Notes: generated from the letters alone by a model not told the origin. Positions 10,830 through 20,516 are shown, counted from the first letter of the stretch. The stretch is 64,000 nt of DNA from Minisyncoccota bacterium (GCA_025453495.1 JALOQM010000001.1:15664-79663), one strand, 5' to 3'. Made by a program: numbers and translations.

Positions 10830-11114
10830 TTATTTGATTGGCATTGCTGATAATGTTTCTCGCCCAGCTAAATAAGATTTGAGCCTATTTTTTATAAACA
10901 TCTTTCCGTGGTATGTTTTTAAATACTTCTCTCGATGAATTGCGTCATTTTCATCAAGACACGCTTCATAATATACAAGCTCGAGTGGTCTTCGTGGTGC
11001 GGTAGATTCCACTTTGCCTTTTTGGTGTTGCTCAAATCTTAATTTTAAATTTTTACTATAACCAGTATAAAATTTGTTGTCTTTTTTTGATTGTAATAAG
11101 TAAGTGTAGTACAT
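10830..11114 (-). CDS. GIY-YIG nuclease superfamily protein (UPF0213/YhbQ-like)
   Basis: MYYTYLLQSKKDNKFYTGYSKNLKLRFEQH is a classic GIY-YIG core; 94 aa. Confidence 0.7.
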   Translation of the reverse strand: MYYTYLLQSKKDNKFYTGYSKNLKLRFEQHQKGKVESTAPRRPLELVYYEACLDENDAIHREKYLKTYHGKMFIKNRLKSYLAGRETLSAMPIK

Positions 11115-11125
11115 AAAATTTAAAA

Positions 11126-12358
11126 TTATTTAGCGGGGTCTGGTGTACGAATTGTGCCAGTGATCAAATTATTGAGGAGATACTTCTTTTGATCCTTAAT
11201 GATTTGAAGTTTCTTCTCAAGTTCTTGGATTTCATCTTCGGCAGTATTGAGTATCTTTGCGATTGCTTCTTGTTCTTTTATATCTTTAGGTAGATATATT
11301 TTGCATTCACCAATATCTCCCAGATTAATCTTTATAGGGAAAGCAACGTGTAGTGTTTTGGCTCTCAGCTCATTTTGAAAATCCTTAGTTGTAAGAAAAA
11401 AAGATAACGCTTTTGAATCAAAGGACCTATTAACTTTAAGAAGCGCTAATGTGACGTAGAAAGATGCTTTAACATCCCAATCTATATACTTGATGGCACC
11501 AATACTTCCAATTCGCGTCATCAAAATATCACCTCTTTCTATTCGAACTTTCTTTATCTCAGATTCATAAACTTTCTCTGAAATATACTTTGTATTTTTA
11601 AAGTCATTAGAAGTTACATGTTCGACACTATAGAATGGAATCCCGTGCTCGACATATGTAGGAGTCTGGTGAGTGCCATCGTATATTTTACAAACGTCTT
11701 TTAATAAAAGCGTCTGCCATTTATCTCCAAATCCAGACAAGCGTTTTTTGCCAGAAAGTAAATTTTGTTTTAAGGCTAATCTTATATTTTTCTTGATCTG
11801 AATTTTCTTTGAAAGTTTTTCAATTGATTTATCCCAAGTTTCAAGAACTGAAACGATGCGATTTTGTTCTGGGAGAGGAGGAAGTTTTATTTTTATAGAT
11901 TTAAGAATTTGCAAATTCAAACCACCACGACCACCGTCACCGGCAGAGATAGATCTTAATTCTTGATATCGTCTTTCTAAATCTGACCTTAAAAAACTAT
12001 AGCTAATATCTTTCTTTGGTATAAAAAAAGCTATGGACTGATTTGTAGTAAGTGAAATTTTATTTACAGCAACCTTTCCTCTTGTAGAACCCTGACCAGC
12101 TAAAGCAATCAAAACACTGTTTGCTGGCACTATTTTCGCTGATGAATTTTTAAAACCTTCATCAGTTATAAAATTTTCTGTTTGATAAATATTTTTCTTA
12201 TTGATTTCGGCTGAATTAGCCCATGGAATATTTCCACCTTCCCAGTATTCCAAAACATCTGTCGAAGGTGTACCTCCAGCAGAAATATCACAAACAACAC
12301 CAATCTTTACTTGCTGCCATTCTGGATGAATATTTTTTTGTTGTTGATTAGTTTTCAT
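11126..12358 (-). CDS. hsdS: Type I restriction-modification specificity subunit (two target-recognition domains)
   Basis: 410 aa with two TRD-like halves and conserved LPPLPEQ-type spacer and C-terminal repeats. Confidence 0.85.
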   Translation of the reverse strand: MKTNQQQKNIHPEWQQVKIGVVCDISAGGTPSTDVLEYWEGGNIPWANSAEINKKNIYQTENFITDEGFKNSSAKIVPANSVLIALAGQGSTRGKVAVNKISLTTNQSIAFFIPKKDISYSFLRSDLERRYQELRSISAGDGGRGGLNLQILKSIKIKLPPLPEQNRIVSVLETWDKSIEKLSKKIQIKKNIRLALKQNLLSGKKRLSGFGDKWQTLLLKDVCKIYDGTHQTPTYVEHGIPFYSVEHVTSNDFKNTKYISEKVYESEIKKVRIERGDILMTRIGSIGAIKYIDWDVKASFYVTLALLKVNRSFDSKALSFFLTTKDFQNELRAKTLHVAFPIKINLGDIGECKIYLPKDIKEQEAIAKILNTAEDEIQELEKKLQIIKDQKKYLLNNLITGTIRTPDPAK

Positions 12359-12415
12359 AATTTCACTGGTTTAATTGAGATATCTATAATTTAGATATCT
12401 CTTACTGCCCTCAAA

Positions 12416-12640
12416 TTATTCTTTACTCTCGTATCCTTTTTTACAATTCAGCATAATGTAAGAATTTAATCCTTGGCCAGCTTTGGCAAGTCTTTTCATT
12501 TCATTTACGTGAATTTCACCCGCACTTTGATTGGTGTATTTATAGATACTAGAGTCTTTAAATTGAACTCGTATAAAATCTACACCAATTTCAAAACCTT
12601 TTACATTAGAATCTCCCCCTAAATTTGCGTATGTTTCCAT
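12416..12640 (-). CDS. KTSC-domain small protein
   Basis: FIRVQFKDSSIYKYTNQSAGEIHVNEMKRLAKAGQGLNSYIMLN fits the KTSC pattern (Y.Y...Y..L..A.S.G.YFN). Confidence 0.45.
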   Translation of the reverse strand: METYANLGGDSNVKGFEIGVDFIRVQFKDSSIYKYTNQSAGEIHVNEMKRLAKAGQGLNSYIMLNCKKGYESKE

Positions 12641-12699
12641 ATGTCATATTTGGCTAACTAATAATTAGTTTAACGACATTTCGGTCATTATAATGAATA

Positions 12700-13950
12700 T
12701 TATTCTTCTGAAGCTCGTTTAAATTTTTCTTGCATAGTCGGATTTCCTTTTGTTAATTTTTTAATAGTTAAATCATCAGCTTTATTATTTGCCAAACGAA
12801 GATTATTTTCCGAAGCCAAAAGATTGTCTTTAATCTTTTGAAGATGATCAATTGATTTATCAATCTCTTCTACAGCTGCTTTGAATTTTTGACTTGCTAA
12901 ATTGTAATTACGAGCAAATCCTTCCTTAAAAGCATTGAGGTTTTCTTCAAAGTGAGTAATATCTACATTTTGACTTTTCACAACAGCGAGTTCTGCCTTA
13001 TATTGCATCGAATTTAAAGCAGCATTTCGCAAAAGTGTGATAATTGGAATAAAGAATTGAGGTCGAACTACGTACATTTTAGGGTAACGATGGAATACAT
13101 CAACAATTCCAGTGTTATATAGCTCATTATCACTTTCAAGCAACGAAACTAGAACTGCGTATTCACACTTCTTTTCATTTCTATCCTTATCTAGTTCTTT
13201 CAAAAAGTCTTCATTCTTTTTCTTTGTAGCGGTAGTATCCGATTCATTTTTCATTTCAAACATTATTGAAATAATTTCATTACCTGCCTCATCATATTCT
13301 CGGTAAATATAGTCTCCTTTACTTCCAGTGGCTGAGTCATTATCTTTTTCAAAAGTAGCATTCTTAAAACCTGTTGCACGGAGTTTATTAAACTCAATTT
13401 CACAATGTTGTTCAAGAGTTTCGCCAAGCATTTTTGTTGAGAGCTTTACCTTCATGTCTTTGTAGCGCTCAATAATTTCATCTTTAGCTTTAAGCTCTGC
13501 CTCAAATTTACTATTTAAAGATAGTTCGATTTGTTGCTTTTCAGCATCCTTCATCTTTATCTCAGAAGCAAGATGGTCACGCTCTTTTTCAATTTTTGTC
13601 ACAGCCTCAGTGATTGCAAGTTTTTTTTCAGTTTCTGTCGATGAAAGCTTCGCTCGCAGTTCTGTTATTTCAAGTTCACTTTGAGACTTAGATAGATTTA
13701 CTTCACGCTCCTTTTCAGCCTTAAGTCTTGCGATTTCTAAATCTTTTTGAGCAAGGTCGTCTTTAATTTTATTTTTTACTTGCTCTTCAGCCAACTTTAC
13801 GGCACTCTCTTTTTCAGCCTTCAAAAGACTTTCTCTTTTGAGAAGCTCTTCTTCAAATTGGTGATCTCGTACTTGTTTAAGAATATCAGCATAACCTGCT
13901 TCATCAATTTTAAATGCTTTTTTACAATGTGGGCAAATTATTTCATTCAT
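12700..13950 (-). CDS. DUF2130-family protein (zinc ribbon, coiled coil, C-terminal domain)
   Basis: The N-terminus [28 protein letters not shown] is the hallmark start of DUF2130, followed by a long coiled coil. This family recurs inside type I R-M operons. Confidence 0.65.
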   Translation of the reverse strand: MNEIICPHCKKAFKIDEAGYADILKQVRDHQFEEELLKRESLLKAEKESAVKLAEEQVKNKIKDDLAQKDLEIARLKAEKEREVNLSKSQSELEITELRAKLSSTETEKKLAITEAVTKIEKERDHLASEIKMKDAEKQQIELSLNSKFEAELKAKDEIIERYKDMKVKLSTKMLGETLEQHCEIEFNKLRATGFKNATFEKDNDSATGSKGDYIYREYDEAGNEIISIMFEMKNESDTTATKKKNEDFLKELDKDRNEKKCEYAVLVSLLESDNELYNTGIVDVFHRYPKMYVVRPQFFIPIITLLRNAALNSMQYKAELAVVKSQNVDITHFEENLNAFKEGFARNYNLASQKFKAAVEEIDKSIDHLQKIKDNLLASENNLRLANNKADDLTIKKLTKGNPTMQEKFKRASEE

Positions 13951-13957
13951 ACGTTTA

Positions 13958-15469
13958 TTATTTAATCCCTAATTCTTTTAAATATCCAACCATTTGTTTT
14001 TCAAGCTTCGCAAGCTCAGGCTCAAGAGCTTCAAGTTCTTTGAGGTTTGCTTTTATGTCCACAGGAGCTTCTTCCTCAAACGTATCGACGTATCGAGTGA
14101 TGTTGAGGTTAAAATCATTTTCCTCAATTTCCTTAAGAGAAACCTTGCGGGCAAATTTCTCTACATCCTTATGTTTCTTGTAGGTAGAGTAAATCTTCTC
14201 GATGTTCTCATCGGTAAGAATGTTCTGAGCTTTATTTGGTTTATATTCCTTTGAAGCCTCGATAAAGAAAACATCTTTTTTAGATTCGTTCTCTCCGCCT
14301 TTCTCACGTGATCGGTCAATAATAAGGATGGCTACAGGAATTCCCGTTGTCTGGAACAATCCCGCAGGTAGTCCGATAACTGCATCTATAAGATTTTCCT
14401 TGAGGAGCTGTTCGCGAATCTTTCCTTCAGCTCCACCACGGAAGAGAACGCCGTGTGGCACTACGACTGCCATATGGCCAGTCTTCGCCTTGAGTGTCTC
14501 AACCATGTGCGTGATAAAGGCAAAATCACCTTTATCCTTTGGTGGAACACCACGCCAGAATCGCTTGTATTTGTCGGCTTCTGCGTGCTCGGCACCCCAT
14601 TTTTTAAGAGAAAACGGAGGGTTTGCCACGATCGTGTCAAACTTCATCAAATGGTCGTTCTCTACAAGGAGAGGATTGTTCAATGTGTCACCCCATTCAA
14701 GTCGGGCTGAATCCTTTCCGTGGAGGAACATGTTCATGCGAGCGAGCTGATAGGTTGATCCTGTTGATTCCTGACCATAGAGTGCGTAGTTTTTTGAACC
14801 TTGTTTCTCAACTTCTTCACCTGCAAGGAGGAGGAGGCCACCTGAACCCATACAAGGATCACAAATACGTGCCCCTGCTTGTGGCTCTGCGAGCTTTGCA
14901 ACGAGCTGGGCAACGTTTCTCACAGTGAAAAATTCGCCCGCTTTCTTGCCCGCGTCGGCACCAAAGCGTTCGATCATATACATATATGAGTTACCGATGA
15001 TGTCGTCCTTCACGTCGCCGAGGTCAATCTGAGCAAAGTCCTGCACGAGATGGCGGAGCATCTTGTTTCGTTCAGCGAGCTTGCCGAGTGTTGATTCTGA
15101 GTTGAAGTCTACAGAAAATACTCCATCGAGTTTCTCTTTGTTTGTGTCTTCGATTCGATGAAGTGCTTTGTTGATTTCTTCACCAAGATTATCTTGCTCG
15201 ATTACCGAATAGATATAATCGAATGAAGACTTTGGGGGAAGATAGAAGCGATCGAGCTTCATTTTTTCTTCGATACGCTTTGTGTCGCTACCAAAACGCT
15301 CTTTGTATTCAGCATACTTCTTCTTTGAGAGGTCAGAGAGGTATTTAAAGAAAAGCATTGCAAGAACGTAGTCTTTGTAGATACCTGCATCTACCTGAGT
15401 ACGAGAAGAATCCGCTGCGTCCCAGAGGATTTTGTTTAGGTCTTCTTGTGTATATTTTTGAGTATTCAT
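13958..15469 (-). CDS. hsdM: Type I restriction-modification N6-adenine DNA methyltransferase subunit
   Basis: HsdM N-terminal domain plus the catalytic [11 protein letters not shown] (NPPF) motif and an AdoMet-binding region. Confidence 0.9.
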   Translation of the reverse strand: MNTQKYTQEDLNKILWDAADSSRTQVDAGIYKDYVLAMLFFKYLSDLSKKKYAEYKERFGSDTKRIEEKMKLDRFYLPPKSSFDYIYSVIEQDNLGEEINKALHRIEDTNKEKLDGVFSVDFNSESTLGKLAERNKMLRHLVQDFAQIDLGDVKDDIIGNSYMYMIERFGADAGKKAGEFFTVRNVAQLVAKLAEPQAGARICDPCMGSGGLLLLAGEEVEKQGSKNYALYGQESTGSTYQLARMNMFLHGKDSARLEWGDTLNNPLLVENDHLMKFDTIVANPPFSLKKWGAEHAEADKYKRFWRGVPPKDKGDFAFITHMVETLKAKTGHMAVVVPHGVLFRGGAEGKIREQLLKENLIDAVIGLPAGLFQTTGIPVAILIIDRSREKGGENESKKDVFFIEASKEYKPNKAQNILTDENIEKIYSTYKKHKDVEKFARKVSLKEIEENDFNLNITRYVDTFEEEAPVDIKANLKELEALEPELAKLEKQMVGYLKELGIK

Positions 15470-15470
15470 A

Positions 15471-16082
15471 TTAGTTATTAATTAGGTTAGTAAACGATGC
15501 GTTGATAATGTTTTTTTGTAATTCTTGTTTTCTCTTTAGTATCCGTTCTTGGTCTGTTATGTTTTCGTGGAGTGCGATGATGGATTTTTGAATATGTATC
15601 GGGGGTATGGGGATTTTAAAATCAATCAAATTTTTTACTAAAATACTTTGTATATAGGACCCGCCCGTAACTATTTGAAGTAATTCTTTTTGCCCGATTT
15701 CTGAGTTGAGGTATAGCGATACATATTTAGGGAGGACTGTGACATCTTGAATTCGTATTACATGAACCGAAGATGATGGCATCACCTTTGATTCATCAGA
15801 TACAAAAACTGCGGATCGAAATGAGCCTGGCCCTGACCCTCTAGAGACAAGCAAAATGTCATTATGTTGTAGGAAGTAGGGGTTTCTCAAAGATTTATCT
15901 GTAATTGTTGTAAAACCAGTTATATATTGAATATCTTGGTTTGTTTGTACATTTTTAGCTTGAAGCACAAAAATATCCCCATTTGGGTCATTTTCTATAG
16001 ACCCACGGAATGTGTACCCTGAAACAATGTCTGCTAATTGGCTCAATTTCTTGTGCATGTAAAAAGCATACTGCATTTTCAA
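15471..16082 (-). CDS. Half-size HsdS-like specificity protein (single TRD plus conserved C-terminal repeat)
   Basis: 203 aa. It ends with IPIPPIHIQKSIIALHENITDQERIL, typical of the S-subunit conserved region, and abuts hsdM. Confidence 0.65.
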   Translation of the reverse strand: MKMQYAFYMHKKLSQLADIVSGYTFRGSIENDPNGDIFVLQAKNVQTNQDIQYITGFTTITDKSLRNPYFLQHNDILLVSRGSGPGSFRSAVFVSDESKVMPSSSVHVIRIQDVTVLPKYVSLYLNSEIGQKELLQIVTGGSYIQSILVKNLIDFKIPIPPIHIQKSIIALHENITDQERILKRKQELQKNIINASFTNLINN

Positions 16083-16146
16083 AATAAAAGCAAGTTTTTA
16101 CCCTATTTAGTTACCAACAGCTAGGAAATGGGACGCTCTGGACTCC

Positions 16147-17502
16147 TTGGAGGGGTTGCGTCATCAATGTAGTTGTATGAAAACAACAGCACCAATTGGC
16201 TACGAAATGACACAAGCAGCCCAAGCACCAATAAAAGTGAGGTATTGCCTCTATGCCCGTAAATCAACGGAATCTGAGGAAAGACAGGTTCTTTCAATAG
16301 ATTCGCAGATTAAGGAAATGTTACAGCTCGCCGAGAGAGAAAACTTGGAGATTGTAACAATGAAGCGAGAAAGCCATTCAGCAAAAGAAACTGGACAACG
16401 ACCAGTCTTTAACGAGATTATTGAGGAGATACGGCAAAAGAAGTACAACGGCATACTGACATGGGCACCTGACCGTATTAGTAGAAATGCCGGAGACTTG
16501 GGAAAGATAGTAGATCTGATGGATGCAGGATTGTTACAAGAAATACGTATATATGGTCAAAAATTTTCAAACAATCCAAACGAAAAATTCTTGCTAATGA
16601 TTCTTGGATCGCAAGCGAAATTAGAGAATGACAATAGAGGTGTGAATGTAAAACGAGGATTGCGTACGAGAGTTGAAATGGGTCTCTGGCCTGGGGTAGC
16701 ACCACTTGGATACTTAAATCAAAAACATATGGATAAAAAGTGTCAGGTAATAGTCGATCCACAACGTGCTCCTGTCATCAAAAAGATATTTGAAAAAGTA
16801 GTATACGAACACTATTCAGGAAGAAAGTTATATAACTGGTTACGACACGAACTGAATTTCTATACTCGTGGCAACAAACCTCTGACCTTAAGCGGAATAT
16901 ACCGAATACTTGAAAATCAGTTCTATCATGGAGTGTTTGAGCATCCGAGAGGAAGCGGTAACTGGTATCAAGGAAAACATGAGCCACTCATCACACAGGA
17001 ACTATTTGAAAAAGCTCAAGCACAACTAAAGCGAGATAATATACAACGAGAGAATAAAGAATTCGCATTCACGAAACTATTCACCTGCGGATACTGTGGT
17101 AGTGGAATATCAGCAGAGGAAAAATGGAAACAACTCAAAGATGGTACGCATGCGAAATACATCTACTACTTCTGCTCAAGAGCGAGAGATAGAAACTGCA
17201 AGAATATGTACATACGAGAGGAAGATTTAATACTTGAGCTATTGAAGATCCTCGACAAAGTAAACATCAATGAACTAGGTATGCGAAAGAAACTAGAAGA
17301 TGAGATCGCAAGGTTCAATATCTTCCAAAGATCAGTGCTTGGAGCAACAGACAAGATTAAAAACAACAAAGATACTGAAATACGAAACTTCGCTAAGTAT
17401 ATTTTGAAAGAAGGAGCAGTTGGAGAGAAACGAGAGCTGCTAGCCAACCTAAGATCGAGAATAATATACAAAGACAAACAACTTATACTGATTGCTGAAT
17501 AA
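16147..17502 (+). CDS. Large serine recombinase (resolvase catalytic domain, recombinase domain, zinc ribbon)
   Basis: YARKSTESEERQVLSIDSQ catalytic block, a recombinase domain and a CGYCGS zinc ribbon. The likely true start is an internal Met at 16177 or 16207. Divergent from the R-M operon. Confidence 0.85.
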   Translation: MEGLRHQCSCMKTTAPIGYEMTQAAQAPIKVRYCLYARKSTESEERQVLSIDSQIKEMLQLAERENLEIVTMKRESHSAKETGQRPVFNEIIEEIRQKKYNGILTWAPDRISRNAGDLGKIVDLMDAGLLQEIRIYGQKFSNNPNEKFLLMILGSQAKLENDNRGVNVKRGLRTRVEMGLWPGVAPLGYLNQKHMDKKCQVIVDPQRAPVIKKIFEKVVYEHYSGRKLYNWLRHELNFYTRGNKPLTLSGIYRILENQFYHGVFEHPRGSGNWYQGKHEPLITQELFEKAQAQLKRDNIQRENKEFAFTKLFTCGYCGSGISAEEKWKQLKDGTHAKYIYYFCSRARDRNCKNMYIREEDLILELLKILDKVNINELGMRKKLEDEIARFNIFQRSVLGATDKIKNNKDTEIRNFAKYILKEGAVGEKRELLANLRSRIIYKDKQLILIAE

Positions 17503-17519
17503 ATTGTATAATCTAGTGT

Positions 17520-18080
17520 ATGGGACAAAATAACACTCATAATTCTGAGTCGAGGGAGCATAGATTAGAAAGATTGAAAAGTCACCCTGTTGAAGCTATC
17601 GAAACACTTCTAAACTCTATAGCTAATTTTTTCAATAACGAAATTCTACTAACACCGACACACTATCAAACATCGTTAATGTTTTTAGGTATCCATGCTT
17701 CTGCCCTTACAATTGGAGAAGTATTTTTTCAGCACAAAAGTGATTTAGATAATTATAAGGATTTTATGCGTACGTTTATCGATGGAGAAACTGAAGATAC
17801 AAAATTTTCTCTTGTTGCTGAACATATACACAACTGGAGAAATATAATTGCGCATCAATGGATAGGATCTCTAGGTCATCGAGTGGAATATGATTATCAG
17901 GCTGAATTAGGCTGGCAGATGGTCGAAGACACTCTTATTATAAATCCAAGAATATACTGCGATAAATACATGGATGCTTTTTCAGCTAGAGGGAGAATTT
18001 GGCAATATGATTCCATATTTACTGAAGAACAGATCGTAAAAGCTCACGAACAAATTGTTCGTAAATACGAAAATCGTTAA
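17520..18080 (+). CDS. Hypothetical protein
   Basis: 186-aa ORF with no recognisable domain, followed by a terminator. Confidence 0.35.
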   Translation: MGQNNTHNSESREHRLERLKSHPVEAIETLLNSIANFFNNEILLTPTHYQTSLMFLGIHASALTIGEVFFQHKSDLDNYKDFMRTFIDGETEDTKFSLVAEHIHNWRNIIAHQWIGSLGHRVEYDYQAELGWQMVEDTLIINPRIYCDKYMDAFSARGRIWQYDSIFTEEQIVKAHEQIVRKYENR

Positions 18081-18084
18081 ACAA

Positions 18085-18113
18085 AAATACACGAAATAAT
18101 CGTGTATTTTTGT
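18085..18113 (+). terminator. Rho-independent terminator
   Basis: Hairpin atacacg-aaataat-cgtgtat followed by a T-run. Confidence 0.5.
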
Positions 18114-18180
18114 TTATAATTTATGTAATCGGGTCGCACATTCGTCATAGACAAATGGGTTGACTCCGATACTAAATTGT

Positions 18181-18270
18181 CTTGGCGGAGAGGGAGGGAT
18201 TCGAACCCTCGATACCCTTTCGGATATACAACCTTTCCAGGGTTGCCGTTTCAACCGCTCACGCACCTCT
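18181..18270 (-). tRNA. tRNA-Ser (anticodon GGA), class II, CCA encoded
   Basis: Manual cloverleaf. Acceptor GGAGAGG/CCTCTCC; anticodon stem CAACC/GGTTG with loop CTGGAAA; long variable arm with GAAA tetraloop; T-arm GAGGG-TTCGAAT-CCCTC; 3' end GCCA. Confidence 0.85.
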
Positions 18271-18357
18271 CCAGATACAAGCGTCAAACGAATCTGTTAT
18301 ACCGTAAATCAACAAAAAAAGCGACACAATATAATGTGTCGCTTTGGTATAGTGCTT

Positions 18358-18966
18358 TTACCCGTACGCATGTACTTGGATCGTGTTATTGAGTAGGGCA
18401 TGCTCTTCAATCCAGCGCTCGATAGATGGTGCAAGGGGTACAAATACAAGATTGAATACCGAATGACGCAGTGTCCAATCGAGCTGAAGAGCTAATTGTG
18501 TAGAAAATGAGTACTCATAGTTTGCACATGGGATCACAACCCCAGTCAAAAAATCAAACACAATGAGCGCAAAAAAGCCAATACACAGGTAATACAGGAC
18601 CGAACGCACATAGTTTTGATTTCTCTTTTGGAAAAGAAATACTCCGGCAATGCCCATGCAGATACCGTAGCAAAATGCTACAACTAGCGTAGCGCTCGCT
18701 GAGAATTGTTCAATTTGCAATATATAGGACCGCACCATGGCGACGATCAGTATATTGCAAAAACTAAATGCGAAACCCCACAATACGTTTGCTTTTGCAT
18801 AAGCAAGGGTGACTGCGGCAAGCGGCGAAGCATACGGTATAGGTGCCAACACAGGCACAACCCGAAAGAGTACTGTCAGCAAAAACTGTACAATGACAGA
18901 TGGGAAGAAATATGTTTTTTTCATTAGAACTATTTTTGGTTTGATACCAAGTCTAGCGCATATCAC
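18358..18966 (-). CDS. Polytopic membrane protein (hypothetical; probable start at MKKTYFF)
   Basis: Five to six predicted TM helices; no motif identified. Confidence 0.45.
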   Translation of the reverse strand: MICARLGIKPKIVLMKKTYFFPSVIVQFLLTVLFRVVPVLAPIPYASPLAAVTLAYAKANVLWGFAFSFCNILIVAMVRSYILQIEQFSASATLVVAFCYGICMGIAGVFLFQKRNQNYVRSVLYYLCIGFFALIVFDFLTGVVIPCANYEYSFSTQLALQLDWTLRHSVFNLVFVPLAPSIERWIEEHALLNNTIQVHAYG

Positions 18967-19002
18967 CCGTTTTCAGAAGTGGAAACAAAAATAGAGTATG
19001 TT

Positions 19003-19329
19003 TTACTTGCTTTTCAATCCAGATTTGAGAATGCGTTTTTTGAATTCTTGAAGCGTATGGTAGCTTTTCGTATCTGCAACATGATCAACATACAGCACCC
19101 CGTTTAAGTGGTCGATTTCATGCTGGAACACTCGCGCCTGAAAACCAGAGAATGTCTTCATATGCTTCTTGCCTATTTGATCAAAATAAGACACTGTCAC
19201 ACTCTCCGAACGTGGCACCGCTGCGCGAACACCGGGTAGACTGAGGCATCCTTCCCAATCCGTGACAACCTTGCCGGAGTACTTGATAATCTTTGGATTA
19301 ATAACCGCATTAGTATTAAGAGTTAACAA
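19003..19329 (-). pseudogene. def: Peptide deformylase, 5'-truncated (motifs 2 and 3 only)
   Basis: Has EGCLSLPG and QHEIDHLNG but lacks the N-terminal G-x-G-x-AAxQ motif (about 60 aa missing). The ORF begins at a TTG with a stop immediately upstream in frame, and only ~60 bp separate it from tRNA-Arg. Confidence 0.5.
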
Positions 19330-19393
19330 TTACCGTAGATGTATTGGCCAATAGCCGCTCCAGTGTTTAATTCCTGACTAAAACGTTGTTTTG

Positions 19394-19465
19394 TGCTCTC
19401 GCCAGGAATCGAACCTGGATTTCTTCCTTCGGAGGGAAGTGTTCTATCCATTGGACTACGAGAGC
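19394..19465 (-). tRNA. tRNA-Arg (anticodon CCG)
   Basis: Manual cloverleaf. Acceptor GCTCTCG/CGAGAGC; anticodon stem CTTCC/GGAAG with loop CTCCGAA; T-arm CCAGG-TTCGATT-CCTGG; CCA not encoded. Confidence 0.8.
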
Positions 19466-19541
19466 AATAAGGGATACGATCTCCTTCCTTCGCGAAACTA
19501 AAATTAGAATTTTAAAAATCAAACAAAAAGATATACTACCC

Positions 19542-20432
19542 TTATTTCATACCACGCAATACTTTGATACGGTCTGCAGTGGGCGGATGTGTCATAAAAA
19601 GTTTGTGCACTGCAGAAAATTTTTTCCCAAATGGATCTGAGATAAAAAGATGTGCAGTAGCATTTGAGACACGGCGCATCGGTGCTTTGTACTGGCTGAT
19701 TTTCTCAAGTGCTGAAGCAAGCCCCTCAGGATAGCGAGTCAAAAGTGCAGCTGAAGCATCCGCTAGATATTCACGCTTGCGTGAGATCGCAAGTTGCATA
19801 AGTGTCGCGATCACCGGTGAGAGAATAGCAAGTACAATACCAGCAACCATAAAGAAGCTTCCAACTTTGTTTTCTTCTCGATCCCGCCCTCCTCCCCATA
19901 GAGCTGCACGCAAGAATACATCAGATGCGATTGTAAGAAATCCGACAAGAACGACAACCACTGTAGAGAGCAACATATCACGGTTACCGATGTGCGAAAG
20001 TTCATGTGCAACCACTCCCTCAAGTTCAGTACGATCGAGTCGCTCAAGTAATCCTGTCGTCACGGCGACAACAGCATGATTCTTGTCTCGGCCAGTTGCA
20101 AATGCATTTGGTGCAGGATCATCAATTATATATATCTTCGGAAGTGGTAAGCCTGCAGTAATTGCTAAATTTTCAACCAGTGTATACAGTTCTCTATTTG
20201 TTTCTCGTGCGACCGGACGTGCACCTGACATAGAAAGTACAACCTTGTCAGAGTACCAGTATCCGATGACATTCATCAAAAGCGAGAAGATAACGCCAAA
20301 ATACAGTATCGATGGATTATCATAGGTGCGAGCAAATACATAACATACACTGATTACCACAACAAGAAAGAGCGTGAAAATAATCCACGTTTTACGAATA
20401 TTCTTTGATTGGTGGGTATAGAGTGAAGACAT
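19542..20432 (-). CDS. htpX: HtpX-family M48 zinc metalloprotease
   Basis: HELSHI zinc motif with N-terminal TM helices. Confidence 0.85.
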   Translation of the reverse strand: MSSLYTHQSKNIRKTWIIFTLFLVVVISVCYVFARTYDNPSILYFGVIFSLLMNVIGYWYSDKVVLSMSGARPVARETNRELYTLVENLAITAGLPLPKIYIIDDPAPNAFATGRDKNHAVVAVTTGLLERLDRTELEGVVAHELSHIGNRDMLLSTVVVVLVGFLTIASDVFLRAALWGGGRDREENKVGSFFMVAGIVLAILSPVIATLMQLAISRKREYLADASAALLTRYPEGLASALEKISQYKAPMRRVSNATAHLFISDPFGKKFSAVHKLFMTHPPTADRIKVLRGMK

Positions 20433-20516
20433 AGTGTAACGTTCAAATTGTTCAGCGTTCTAATTGTTTGAAATGCGCATTTTCTTCTCAAGCGCAACAA
20501 GTTTGAAATATTCTTC

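Noticed and set aside
11126-16082. Inverting hsdS shufflon
   Set aside because: The half-hsdS and full hsdS are in the same orientation, and no long inverted repeats between them were seen by eye. Only deletion or duplication-type exchange would be possible, so the idea is kept as speculation within a finding.
18160-18396. Two overlapping plus-strand ORFs (71 and 78 aa)
   Set aside because: They overlap the minus-strand tRNA-Ser and its flanks, so they are spurious.
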